A stretch of 64,000 nt of DNA from Tubulanus polymorphus. Lineage: Eukaryota; Animalia; Nemertea. This document shows, piece by piece, positions 17,814-31,100 of this stretch. Location: contig NC_134031.1 of the NCBI RefSeq assembly GCF_964204645.1, forward strand, positions 17,657,807 through 17,721,806. The letters are read 5' to 3'. A program made the position numbers and the translations under genes. The notes under the pieces were generated by a model. It was not told the DNA's origin and did no database searches. It was given only the letters and a program-made list of their open reading frames with translations. How positions within the stretch are numbered: position 1 is the first letter of the stretch; every line of letters starts with the position of its first letter.

Positions 17814-18288
17814 TTTCGCTGATTCGTTGTTTTTGAAAGATATAATTTAGATGCATGTAGTTAGGCTAAAGCATGATACCTCGTTTCTCCTAATCGGCCA
17901 TTTTGTAAACCGCAATAGAAATTTGATCAGTTCATTTCTATAACTGGGTCTGTAATTGTAAGCATGGTTATGATTTTATTAAAAAGTAATTTACAGGGTA
18001 GATTGGCGGCCGGCCGGAACAACTGCTAAGCTCAGCAGAAAGGAGAAACAAGGGAGCATTTCTTTAGCCTTATAGGGTATATGATGTGTATGAATATACG
18101 TAGAACTTCATTACCGACGCGTATAAGACTGATGGCTATTAAACAATCATTTCATACTGTTCTTATCACTATATATATTATATATTCACGTTGTAATTGA
18201 ATTTTATAAATTGAGCATTTTATTCGTCGAAAAAATAAGATACTTCATGCTAAGTAGAAAATAATACTTTATTAAGAAAAAATATCCG

Positions 18289-18360
18289 TGCGTTCGCCGG
18301 GAATCGAACCCGGATCCACTGCTTGGAAGGCAACGATGCTAACCTTTACACCACGAACGC
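18289..18360 (-). tRNA. tRNA-Gly (TCC)
   Basis: GCGTTCGTGGTGTAAAGGTTAGCATCGTTGCCTTCCAAGCAGTGGATCCGGGTTCGATTCCCGGCGAACGCA folds as a cloverleaf; T-run terminator follows. Confidence 0.96.
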
Positions 18361-19032
18361 ATATGATGTCCCATCGTGTGTAAAGTACAAACATTTGGTA
18401 ATGCACATGCGTTTTCCACTGGGTAGTGAGAGCGCTCTTTTGTCCTAAGTGTGATCGAAATTCCTTCAGGCTCCAGGTCTATCTAAATGTCCATTCGAAA
18501 AGCTGACATTCCTGACGTTTCTTAATATAAACGTTGTGAAAAATGCGCACCCTGCATTCAAAGAAATCACCCAACATCGAGGAAAAGTATATTATTCTGT
18601 ATCGTTTATTTTTATAAGTTAATTTAATATAATATATTCATAAATGACAAAATTGATTTTTAGCCTTCTCAATAATCTGGATATTGGTGCTTTTACCCCC
18701 AGACCGATTGACCTTTAATGTTTGATATCGATAGTCGGTACCTATATAAAGAAAGCAATGAACCTTTGGCGTCATACGATTAGAACGGGACGGGCCTAAA
18801 TATGATACTGGACGATGATTTATGCTCGCAAGCCCTGGTATTTTGACAGAGATAAAGCCGTAGTATCGTGTTTAGGTCGTGCACTCATTATCAGTTTCTG
18901 GAAAACCCGGTGAAAATAACTAGATCAAATACTCGTTCATACTGATGTTACTGTATACTATAGTTACGTAAATGAAAAGTGAGCGTATTCATAAAGTTAT
19001 TTCGTGTCTAATCGGAGTCATAAATTCGCGCG

Positions 19033-20766
19033 ATGTCGTATGCTCAAGACAGAAGGTCGGCGGAACGGATAAGATGGAAAAGTCGACCGCTTCACAGGAA
19101 GCTTATCCTCGTCGGCGACCGAGGCGTCGGTAAAACACAAATATTTCGTAATTTCGTCGTCGACGCGCCGTCGAAGAACCGCAGCCAACCGTCGCCGAAA
19201 ACCGAATCACACGTTAGATCGTTCAGGACTGTTTTGGGGGAACAAGACAAACTAGTAGAGGTATGATATACATGTTATAACGCTGAAATACAAACGAAAT
19301 ACAAACGAATACTCAGATAACTTTGCAGAAATACATTATCCAATTGATTTATTATTGCAATCGCAAACATGCTGTTGACGAGGGGCCGTCCATAAAAAAT
19401 ATCCACGCTGTAGGGGAGGGGGTTTAGATTTTTTTGACTTTTGTGGGCAAGGGGGAGGGGTTCCTCTGATTGGGTGTCCATCTTGAAAGGGACATCGTTC
19501 ACTAGTTAGGGACATCTTTTGTGGTTAAAAGTATAGGTAAAATCACCTATGACTAGTTACCAGAACTTTACAAGTTATAATTATAATACCGGGTTAATAA
19601 GGGAATAAATGTAAATAAGTTAATAAAAGTTAAAATTTTTCATGTTGCATCAAATCTTGTGTGAAACTTAAGACCCACTGTCCGTCGGACAACAGGGGAG
19701 GGGTTCAAGATGATATATATTTTATGAGGGGGTCAGATTTTCCATACTTTTGTGTGGACACGTCTTTCATGGACAGCCCCTTAACTATTTCGATCTTATT
19801 TAAAAGGTTCGTTTATTTGACATGCTGAACAGTGAACCGCATTCGACTGGTAACCAGTATTACCGAGGGGCCGACGGTGTGTTGTTGGTATTCAGCGAAA
19901 ACTGCGTCAACAGCATGAACAATCTACTGAACGTCTGGATTCGTCTTGTAAAAGCCAGATCGGATGAACCTTACCCGGCTATGTTTCTTGTGAAAGTTTC
20001 AAAAGAATTGAACGAAGATCCAAAGATTTGGGCATTGTAATATTTTCTCTTTCCTTCAATACCCAAAATTTTAAATGCGAACTTTTCATTTCGAAAATCA
20101 TCCGTCTTTAAATGAAAATTTAACTGACTTAAGAATATATATTGGATCATGTAATTAAATGAACAGTATATATACAGTCGTATAGAATTTCCACAAGCGC
20201 GCAGCCACCAAGCGGAATAAAATAAAGTTACATCTTATCTTTAAATGCAAAGTGGGATTCGATAAAATGATGTACAATTTTAGCTAAAACGACAAAACCC
20301 GCTTAATTCGGATCGGCTTAATTCGAATCGATTTTGGTCTAATCCGGATATTAATCTATTAAACAAGAAAATGAATTTTAATCCAGATTAATATCCTGTA
20401 AATCGGGTGAATTTTGTTGGTCCCCAATGATACGAATTAAGCGGATTATACTATAGCGTATTTCATGCTCGCGTTTTCTATATGTTTTTCAGAGCTCAGC
20501 GCAGACGGGCGCCGGAATGCGTCACTCGGTCTCAATTCGACTCATTCGCCAGAGGTCTACGCGAACACGTCAGACTCGAAGGCCAATTTGAAATAGCCCC
20601 GGGAGTATTCGCCCGATCGAGCGTCGACGAAATGTTTCAAAAGATCGTTCCCGTTCTGATCGCCAGCAATCACGCGGATTCCTCCTTATCGATGTCGCAA
20701 TCAATAAGGAACAGCCAAGAAGAAAGACAATATTTGCGCGGGTGCGGTCACTGTTTCGGTGCTTGA
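19033..20766 (+). CDS. Divergent Rab/Ras-superfamily small GTPase-like protein, exons 19033-19260, 19807-20036, 20493-20766
   Basis: KLILVGDRGVGKT P-loop, YYRGADGVLLVF (Rab-like), C-terminal CGHCFGA; G3/G4/G5 degenerate; the second intron boundary is less certain. Confidence 0.75.
20295..20454. mobile_element. Tc1/mariner-type MITE (CCGCTTAATTCGGAT...ATCCGAATTAAGCGG family); other copies at ~2350-2512 and 63574-63727
   Basis: Terminal inverted repeats and shared internal 'ggtccc.aatgat' among three copies. Confidence 0.65.
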
Positions 20767-21142
20767 AGTGCACTTTTTAAAACGGATATAAAAGTGAAAT
20801 GATTCATATGTATTCACTTTATCTGAATGTTTCCCGCTTTTCCCTTTTAAGATAAAGACAACTTTTTTGTAACACGAAGGTCCTTGTAATTCTATTAGTT
20901 GACAATGATCGTGTGGAACTCGGATAAAACGATTCATCCGTAATGAAAAATACAGTGCAACCTCTTTAATACGAATCGTGTGGGCAAAAGTGAAATTGTC
21001 GCATTTAACTGGTGTCATTAAACTTGTATTATCCTAAGCATTATTGATATGAATATATTGTCTGGGACATGTTGGAAATCATCGTAACAAACGGAGGTTC
21101 GTCATAAACCGAATCGTATTGACGAGGTTCAATTGTACATAG

Positions 21143-21494
21143 AATTTCCTTCCTCCCTCTGCAGGGACTCGAACCTGATGGCATCGCTACACTCAGCCAC
21201 GGCACGAACCCCTGCATCAGTAGACCGGGTGCGCAGGTACATGCGCAGCTTTCCGAACGAAAACTGGCGGCACCAATCAGATTGCTCGTTGTATAATCGT
21301 TGAGGCAAATTTCAAGGATGAACTATAAATGGGAAAACCCGGGCTAAAATAAAACGGGATTTCTGATTGGCTAAAAATCACATCATCTGAACTGCGCATG
21401 TATCTGCGCACACGGTCGATTATGGCAGGGTTTCGTGCCGTGGCAATCTCGATGCCATCAGGTTCGAATCCCTGCCGGGGGAGGATGAGAATTT
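21143..21494. mobile_element. MITE-like fold-back element with ~110 bp imperfect arms, each containing a B-box-like GGTTCGA.TCCC
   Basis: gcagggactcgaacctgatggcatcg..gccacggcacgaa..catgcgcag is mirrored by ctgcgcatg..ttcgtgccgtggc..cgatgccatcaggttcgaatccctgc. Confidence 0.65.
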
Positions 21495-21511
21495 CGTACC
21501 AAGTACAAGTA

Positions 21512-21689
21512 CAGTCAACCCCCGATATACCGTCCTCCAATATACCACCACCCCCGCCTACTGCCAGGCTTCCTCAATGTACATCTCTATACAAATATAT
21601 AGTAAAACACCCCCGATAAACCGCCATACTATCTATACCGCCAAAATTGCTCTACACCGATATGGGCGGTATATCGGGGTTTAACTCTG
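21512..21689. mobile_element. Tc1/mariner-type MITE
   Basis: TA-CAGTCAACCCCCGATATACCG ... CGGTATATCGGGGTTTAACTCTG-TA termini. Confidence 0.65.
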
Positions 21690-21845
21690 TAAGATAATCA
21701 AATTGTTTTTACACTGCCATCAATTACATCTATGACGAAAAGATTTTCTTGTCCGTGAAGTTCTATCTAACAATGTTCCACTGTAATTTTCACTAACTAG
21801 AAAGGTTGGTTTAAGCCCTGTTCAAAATGTTGGTTCAAAGATGAC

Positions 21846-22150
21846 TTATATACACAATTCACGTCCGGAGAGGACTGGTTGTGATGGATGTATGCTTCGG
21901 ATGTGGCGCTGACAATTTTCGCTTTGCGAGAAACGCTTGTTACAATACGGACAACCGTACGGCTTGACCCCGGTGTGCGTCCGAATGTGTTTTATCATAT
22001 TCATCCGCGGGGCGTGACGCGGGCAATACGGGCACTTGATCACCAACACCGGATCGCCGAGTGATAAATCATCCGCCATACGACCTACAGGTGGCGCCAT
22101 AGTTGAATTTGCCAACGGCGGAGGCTTCTTTACTTTCGGCGGTTTCGTAA
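21846..22150 (-). CDS. Alternative terminal ZnF exon 1 (most distal), 2 fingers
   Basis: tttgcag|TT ACG; [26 protein letters not shown]; TAA. Confidence 0.85.
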
Positions 22151-25100
22151 CTGCAAAAGAATAACGTTGGGAAAAGATTTTAGAAGTTTTGAAAAAACTA
22201 CGTATTCAACAGGAGAAATCATAGCATAATTCTTTGGATTACATGATTCAAATATGACAAAACGGGGGCGGATCCAAGGGGAGGGTGCAGGGGTGCCTGC
22301 CCCCGCCTAAAAATGTCAAGTTGACCAGAAACTTTTACAGCAAAACGAAATAAAATACATCAAACTGATACCTAAACAAATTTGAATTAATAAGATTTTA
22401 ATTTTCTCTATATTTCCAAAAATGAGTTTATTTGTGCCCTTTTTCAATTATATGATATGTCCTATTTGCGTGTGCAAACCTTCCTGAATTAGACCCTAGA
22501 TCCGCGCCAGAAACTTAAGGAGGTAGGCTATAGTGTGTGCACAGTCACCAGACGGGCGAAGAACGAACTAGATTATTCCCAAAAAGAATAACATACGAAA
22601 CAAAGTTATTTCATTTTATAGGTAAAGGGATGAAGATTTATTTTTCATTATAAGATAACAGTAAAATACAAAGGCCGCATAAAGGAATTCTATCTTACAA
22701 CGATCGATAACGACAGTTCTTTTAGAAACGCATTTCAAGATTTACGTAAAGCGGATATAGAAGGTGGATATTGTTTGTTCATTTAACCCCTGTTGTCGGT
22801 GCACGTTGTCGTTCGGTCGATGATATCCTGTTGATCATCTCTACAATTTCTGGATCGACGACCAGCTCGCTGGCGGGTGGGATCATTTGGCGGGGGTGAT
22901 GGGAACGAATGTGACGTTGACAATTTTCGCTTCGAGAAAACTGCGTAAAACAGTGCGGGCATCCGTACGGTTTGAAGCCCGTGTGCGTCAATATATGCTT
23001 CTTGAAATTATACCCGGACAATACGATGTTTCTACGACAGAAAGGGCACACGCGAACTTTGGTCCTGTTGTCTTCAACGCCTAAAAATATCAAAATACAC
23101 AAATGAGTACAACTATATTGATCGCCCGCCGAAACCACGTGACAATGCATGACACGGAAAACAGGGGAATCTCGTCACAGACCGGAAGTTTAATCCGTGG
23201 AAGTAGAAGATTTGACCATGAACTCCATTTTTTAGAGTCCGTGATTTGACTAATTTCATAGCAGATGTTATGACCAGATTATTTGTTCCCCTGAATTTGC
23301 TGTTATTAAACGAGATTCCACTGTTCCGTATATAGGGCACGAATAACTTGAACCATACCGGGGACTACATGCAGGTCTGCAGTAGAACTGTCACGTCAGC
23401 TATGCTGAGCTCTCCTGACGGGGGCACACGGTGTCCTACGTGCACGGCCCGAATGTGACGTTGACAACTTTCAGGCCGCGAGAAAAATGTCTGGCAGTAC
23501 GGACACTTGTACGGTTTTGATCCGGTGTGGGTCAGTACATGACGTTTGAAGTTTGAAGCAGACGAACTGACGACTTTATGACAAAACGGACACGATTTTC
23601 TATAGGGATTTTCGCCGCCTGCAAAACCTACAAAACACGAAGTGAAAAACGATAACTCATGTATATACGGATAATATCTTCATCTTTATTCGATTATGAT
23701 TTGTCTAGAACGAAAGCATATATTTACACGTGAATTACGTATGTTTACAACGGTAAATGCAATACTTCAGATGATAAAGCCAACAGTTAAACAGATGCAG
23801 TTGACTCTAGTTTATAATTATGTTATCTGTAATAAAATTGATATCGAAAGTATGAAAGGATACATGATCTAAAAAAACAATTCATCTGCTATCATTAGAT
23901 AACGCTGAAACAACTTCAACAATATATGTATGCGTAAACTATTCTTTAAAAAAAAATTTTATTTCACTTTTTACACGAAATGATCAATAAGTATTTTTCG
24001 GTAGTGAAGTCCTAATCGTTTCTAAGTCGCTAAGTAAGTATCCATTCCGCACGAGGTCGTGATTAGAGATCGGAGGATGACAACTATTTCGGAGAGAACG
24101 ACATTATATTCATTCGGTTTGAAGACGGCACTGGTTGACCGGGGTGTATAGCGAGGATATGGCGTCGACAGTGTTCACCGCGCGAAAACAGCAATTGACA
24201 GTACGGACAACTGAACGGACGCGCCCCCGTGTGTGTTAACATGTGTCGCCGGAAATTCGAGGCGTACTTCGATATTTCTTTCGCGCAGTAAGGACATCGG
24301 TAGGTTGCCTTATCTGCAAAACACGAGAGAAATTTTAAAGAGATATAGTTTCGCATATTCCAGTTATTACAATCCTGTATTACGGGTAGACAAACGAAGC
24401 GGTTTCGAATGATTGTGCATTTACTGCCGGGTGCGGTTTGTGCCTGTGAAAGTGGTTCGGTCTTCAAATCAATGAAAGTGGTTCGGTCTTCAAATCAAAG
24501 CTTTACAATCGTCGAGTAAGCAGGGGAGCTATATCTCGTACATAGTATTGTATAATTATATTGTTGTAGCCTACAACCGTCATTTGAGTCGATGAAATCA
24601 TTAACATACAGAAATGTCGTGGATGTATATAGCACTGTTAAAAACTACATGTATCTTTTCCGTCGCATCTTTCTACATGTTTCTTCATGTTGCTATGGTC
24701 AGAGTACGTTTTATTACATTTCGGGCATTGGTACGGTTTAATTCCTAAATGCACCCGCAGATGGCGCCGATAATTGCCGACATAATTAGGCTGGAAAGTC
24801 TTCCCGCAGAAGTGACACGAGTAGACTTCCGTCGTTTTTGCCGACAACAGCCGGATCACTTCTGAAACGACAACAAACGGAAAGCGATTTAACAAATTTG
24901 CTAAGGAATTCACAAAACGAAAAACAAATATCTCCTTCATTTCGCTGCTGGGGAAATAGCGGTAACGCCGAATTCGATGAACTGCACTGAACGAGCTTCT
25001 TCAGATTTCAAACGAAAGATCAAAATAAAAGCGGAAACTCAAAAAGATAAGCTAAAAACTATGATTTATTTGTGACCATTGAATAAATACATACATACAT

Positions 25101-28100
25101 ACATACAAACATACATACAAACAACATTTGAAATAATCTCTTCGCAAAATCCGAGATCTGTTCAAAAAGAACCGAAATGCATCGTGCGCATATGTCGTCG
25201 CAAATTGCTTTTGTCAGAAAAACACTTCTGACAAACCGGGCACTGGAAGGGTCGTTCACCGCTATGAGAACGAATGTGAATAGTAAGAGAGTGCGTGGAT
25301 GGAAGATACCGGCCGCATTGGTGGCATTGATGGCGAAGTTCAGCGCTGCTGATTTCTGCAGATCTAGCCGATGTATCTCTGATACGGCGCTCTAGATAAG
25401 TACCAACTTGGCCTGAAAGGACACAAGCGCATAAGAAAACCTATATTAATGATGGTTAACTTATTGAAATAGGGTCGCTAATTCTTTAGTTAAAAGGGTT
25501 AATGGAGTGAAATAATGTCTAGATGGAGGAGGTAAGAATAAGCAGATGTCACAGACATCGACGGGTTCCCACAAACACACAGCCATCTTGTCAAATAAGT
25601 TCTTAACACGACACAATACATGAAGGGTCTACAATGAAATGTCTTAATTCACGAAATGTCACAGACATCGATGGGTTCCCACAAACGCACAGCCATCTTG
25701 TCAAATAAGTTCTTAACACGACACAATACATGAAGGGTCTACAATGAAATGTTTTAATTCACGAAATGTCACAGACATCGATGGGTTCCCACAAACGCAC
25801 AGCTATCTTGTCAAATAAGTTCTTAACACGACACAATACATGAAGGGTCTACAATGAAATGTCTTAATTCACGAATCGAGGCGCGAGTATTAAAATTTCA
25901 CGTGAAGTATAACGTGTCCTTGCAGATGGTGTTTACGAGAGAACGCTTTTCCGCAAATCGGGCAGACGAACGGTTTGATGCCGGTATGCAATTTCTCGTG
26001 CGTGCGAAGGTTTCCGGAACACGAGAAATGTTTATGGCAAATTTCGCAAACGTGAGCTTGACGAGCAGACGGCGACGAACCGCGAGGTCGTAACGGATTT
26101 TGCTCTACACGCCTGGTTAAATTCCACGCTAGCGAACTAATTGGGTACACGCCACCAATGTCTGAAAAATATCAACAGGAATGTCCTTTTAGTTTCATGG
26201 ATGGAAAAATTTTCGTTTTTTTGTTCAATTGCAAAACGTCGATATCGTAATCTTCTTCTATTTTGATCATGGTGCCATCACAAAAAAAACTTTCCTCCGT
26301 TTTTAAGTAAAAAATAAACTGAAACTGAAAGACTTAATTCTATATGATAACTCGACCATTTATTGAAAATATCTTCTTTTTACATAATATTTGCAGATAC
26401 ATTATTTCACAGATACCGGTACTCCATTTACAAACGATTAACAGTTCAAATCGATTAACATGAGTTTACAATAAGACTTTTTCTGGTCTCCTGAAGTTCG
26501 TAGCAAAGATGATCCACATTAGAATACTAATTTCTTTACTATCTATAGCCTTCTCTATACCTAAAACATTTTCTTTTGCTAAGAAATTCAAGTAAAAGTT
26601 AACATAGCATAAAAACTAACCTAAATAAAAAAAAAATAGAATAACACGCTGGTTACCACCAGTCGTGGCAGTGGCGGGCGTCAAACAGCCTTTTTCAAAT
26701 AAAATACGATCAGTAACAGTTTTCAGGAGATTTCACCCTTTACCTTTCAAATAAAGCAAAAATCACGGTTAAGTCCTCAAGTTAAAAAATTCTTATTTCA
26801 ATAGTAATCAGTTTTTCTCAGAATAAAACTGCAGCCTAACAAATATTTGTATATATACATTTCAAGAGAACAGTTGAGAGGCAACTCATGTTTTTTTGTA
26901 GAGGGGGGGGGGGAGTGAGGGGAGGGAGTCTTGAAAAAAGTTCAAGCTACAAAAAAGAAATGCGTATATTTTTTTCTCGTTACCCGTGTAATTTCTAGAA
27001 GCGTTGTATTTGTTTGTGTATATTGTGGAACGAGTTCATATGATTCTCCAAGTGGTGTTTACGCGAAAACGAACGGCCGCATTCGCCGCAGCCGAACGGT
27101 TTGATGCCGGCGTGCAGGTTCTCGTGCGCTTTCCGATTGAACAACGTCGAAAACGTTTTATCGCACATGCTGCACGCGTAACGCGGCTTTACGCCGGCCA
27201 CTCGCGTCGTCGATGGATTTGTACGGTCGGTCGGTCGCGGGTATTCAGAAAGTTGCCATTCGAGCCGGTATTCTGAAAGTACAAACGATGAAAGTGCCAT
27301 CACAACATCACTCACTCAAACACATATAATAACATATCGCGTGTATCTCTAGCGAGGATTTAAATCTTTTTCTCTGTTTTAAAAGAAAGAAAAAACAACA
27401 TCAGCCAAATGCGAACAACGCTAGCGGCGCCGCCTACTAACAAAAATTGGCTATGTCAATATGTACAAGAATAGAATGGTCGACCGATCTACGCGCTTTC
27501 CGTTCCCGGCATTACGTGAATAGTTGTTAGACTTCGTCACAGGAGATCAGTCCGAAAAATTGCTCGTGAAAGAAGCTGTCACGCGTAAAAGCAATAATCA
27601 GGTCGCGCTAAGATCCAATCCGATTGTCTGCGATTCAGACTTAAGAACGCTGATGTCACGTCGCGAGGTTGTTGTTGGATCTTTGCTGCACTCACGACGC
27701 TTAAAGTCATGTGATGCATACATCGCTGTTCATCGGCGGTTGTAAGTACACTCACGTCACGTAAGATCTGATCGTCTTAAGATATAGAACATGTCCAAAC
27801 AGCTTAAGTCTGGTTAAGTAAGATCTTATGCGTGCCGTGTTAGGCATGTAAACGTTCGGAATCTAGGAAAAAACCATAGAAAATCTTTCTCAAGGTCGAC
27901 TGACGGACAATTTATGCACGAGTCTTTGGTGACGATACAAACTACTGGACTGAACGAAGAACCTTGAACAGAGGGCGCAGTAATACGGTTTAACACCGGT
28001 ATGGGTGTTCTCATGTTTACGACAGTCAGCAGCCGAGCCGGACAATTTCCCGCATACGTAACAACGATGCCCCGTTTCATCGTTGCTGTTCCAAAGGGAC

Positions 28101-31100
28101 CTCAACTCGGCGCCGCCTGAAAAAAGCCGGAAAAAATTTCATCAGTTTTTCAATCGGTGGCAAGACAAATAACGCTAACAGGGATTCGGGGTTTTTTCAT
28201 GCGGGGCAAGACGGGGTCAGTTTCAAGGTCGGTCGGTCGGACGCGAGTCTGGTCAGCTAGTTCAGTCCTATTGTTTAGTAGTCGTCAGGGCGTGAACATC
28301 GACGTCAGGATGTTTGTTACGGACGTGACGATACAAGTTACTGCTCTGCGAGAATCTCATCAGGCAGAAATCGCAACTGAACGGCCGCGCGCCTAGATGA
28401 GTGAGTTCGTGTTTGAGACAGTGATCCTTGCGTCGCGACGGTCGATCGCAAAACCGACAGTGAAATGTGTTATCTGGCTGTCGAAACAGAGTTTTGCCAT
28501 TCAGAATTGTTCGAAGCGCGACCCCTGAAAATAGGCAAAAACAAACTTCGATCAATTCACTGAAAAGCTTAGTCATTGTTCGTACAATCAATTAATGTAA
28601 ATTTTTTCCCCCTAATTTTTGGTGGGAAGGAGAGGGGGCAACCGCTGTAAAGTTCTTAAAGTAACAATTGAAGTATTATCATTAATATCACGCAACACAT
28701 TCAACCGAACAATCGGGAATTCGATGGCAGGATTTTCGCCCCAAAGATGACGTTACAATAACACGCATACGAGTACAACAATGAGATTAATCGGACCACG
28801 CGACAAAACGCGCGATAATCCGGCGAACGAATAAATCCGATTAACGCCGATAAACGTCGCTCATTTCCAGTCGAGACGATAAACCGAACGATCGGTTAAT
28901 TTCAACGATTATGCGATAGGCGCATGTGTCTCTTTAAACTGCTGTATCTGATATACCATCGTTTGCACAATACGCAGGTATACGTGTGAGTCGGAGCCGT
29001 GTGCACTTGCTCGTGTTGAAGACAGTTCGTTCGGCGTGTAGACGTCGCGCCGCAGTTGTAACGACAGTGATACAGGCCGTCCGCGCCGATTACCAACGGG
29101 AATCGCGGCCCTTCTGAAAATAACCATTAGAAAATTGATCAGTCCGAGCGAATCCATATATATATTTATATACATATTTAGATGCTATATATTCATATTC
29201 AGATCAAGTGATGAAAATTTTCGCACTCGAAAATGATTATTCATCCAGTCCATAACAAATAACATTCAGTCTTCAAACCATCGAACCATATTTACAGCAT
29301 ATACGAACGACTCGTATAGATCATTCTCGAAGTTGAAAATTAGACAATGAGGAGGTTCCGTCGCCTGGTAGGAACCACTCCAGTACATATAACCCATACC
29401 TTTGGCTCTATATCGGTAGAAACCCTTTTCCTCGCGGGCATCGTTTCAGTTTATGAATAAGTTTCATGTGGCGGTAAAAATTTCCCGAATGGTTGAACGA
29501 TCGGTCGCACATTTTACAAGTGAATGGTTTGAATCCGGAATTTATATACATATTTAGGGGGTACAACTGAGACTATGTTCGCGGTCCGATGAAATAGCGC
29601 CGTCAATAGCCGTATTTCGTGTTCATAATCGTATGAAGCTTGAACACCTGGCCGTTCGTGTCCCACTGTTTATTATACCCGCGTAGACACAACCGGCAAA
29701 CATACGGCACGACCTTCCTACTGACGATTCGACGAGACTTGCAGTAGTTCGGTTTACCGCAAGAACTGCACGTTTCCTCCGTGTGCGGCGTCTTATCATC
29801 CGACCGAGCGACGACCGATCTGCCTGAAAAACGTGAAAACACCGAGAATGAGATGAAGCGATAAGAGATATACGGATGAATGTTGCGACACCACCACCGC
29901 GTATCGAACATCATCGCGCTACTGAAAACATTTCGGTAAGTTTCCTCGAGAGTCTTTTAAAGAGTCCTCCGGAAAGTCATCCGATAAAAACAACTATGGT
30001 TATACGTGTTACCGGATGAACTTGAAGAATAGTTCCGTCATCGAGTAGGTGGCGTTCTGGTTTTCGCGGAAACAGCGCATTGTTTCGGACAACACCTGAG
30101 TAGTGTCATAATTAAACCGATTTATTCCCGTCGCTGCACGTTTGTAGATGCTGTGTCAGACCGATCTATTGCCAATTGGATGGTGAGAAATCAACAAAGT
30201 ACAACCGTGGATCCGATATTCGATCGGTTACTCGAGGAAATACAGCCGGTCGCTGATATCGAGAGCTATATAAGGACTATGTTTAGTTGCGGGTGACGAT
30301 TTGTGACGGTTTTATCGAAAACCTCAAACGAAAATCATACGATAAACCTCCTCTGAATCGACATTATCAATGGCGACCGAATGTACAGAACGTAGGTGGC
30401 GCCGGTAACTGGAGCTTTGCGTGAAAGTGTTGCCGCAGATTTTGCACTTGTACGGACGATCTCCGACGTGTATGCGTTCGTGGATTTTACGATACGAATT
30501 GCTTTGACACAGTTGACCGCAGAACCGACACTGTTTCGTCCGGGGTTCGCTACCTGAAAAATACGTGAGCAAATCAAAGATATATCATCATCCCACTATC
30601 TTAAGAGAATATTTAAATCTGATTGATCGAATTGATTGATCACCGGTTCTCCAGCAGTAACAGTCACGAAAAAATCCTCAGCAGTCTCGAGTGTTCTCCT
30701 GAAAGCATCCGATTAATGAGGATTATGATTATGATTTGTTCCGCGACATAATTCTTCCTCAGGTCCTCGGCCGGCCACCGATCTGATTTAACTCCTTCGA
30801 ATTGACAATCAACGATGACCGAATGTACGGAACATAGGTGGCGCCTGTAACTATAACTTCGAGTGAACGTGTTTCCGCGGGTTTTACACGTGAACTATTC
30901 AACTAGGGGTTCACAACTGGAAGAGGCGAAAAACGAGTCAGTTCTCATCTTACTTTTCCTGCTAGAAAGTATCAGTGGAAAATATCAGTCAGGCATTCGA
31001 AAGCACATCTTTAAAAAGCAACCCATTCACTTTATAGCAATCAAAATGGTAAAACCAAATATCATCTGAACTAAGATTCTGTCATAAGCAACGGCGTATC

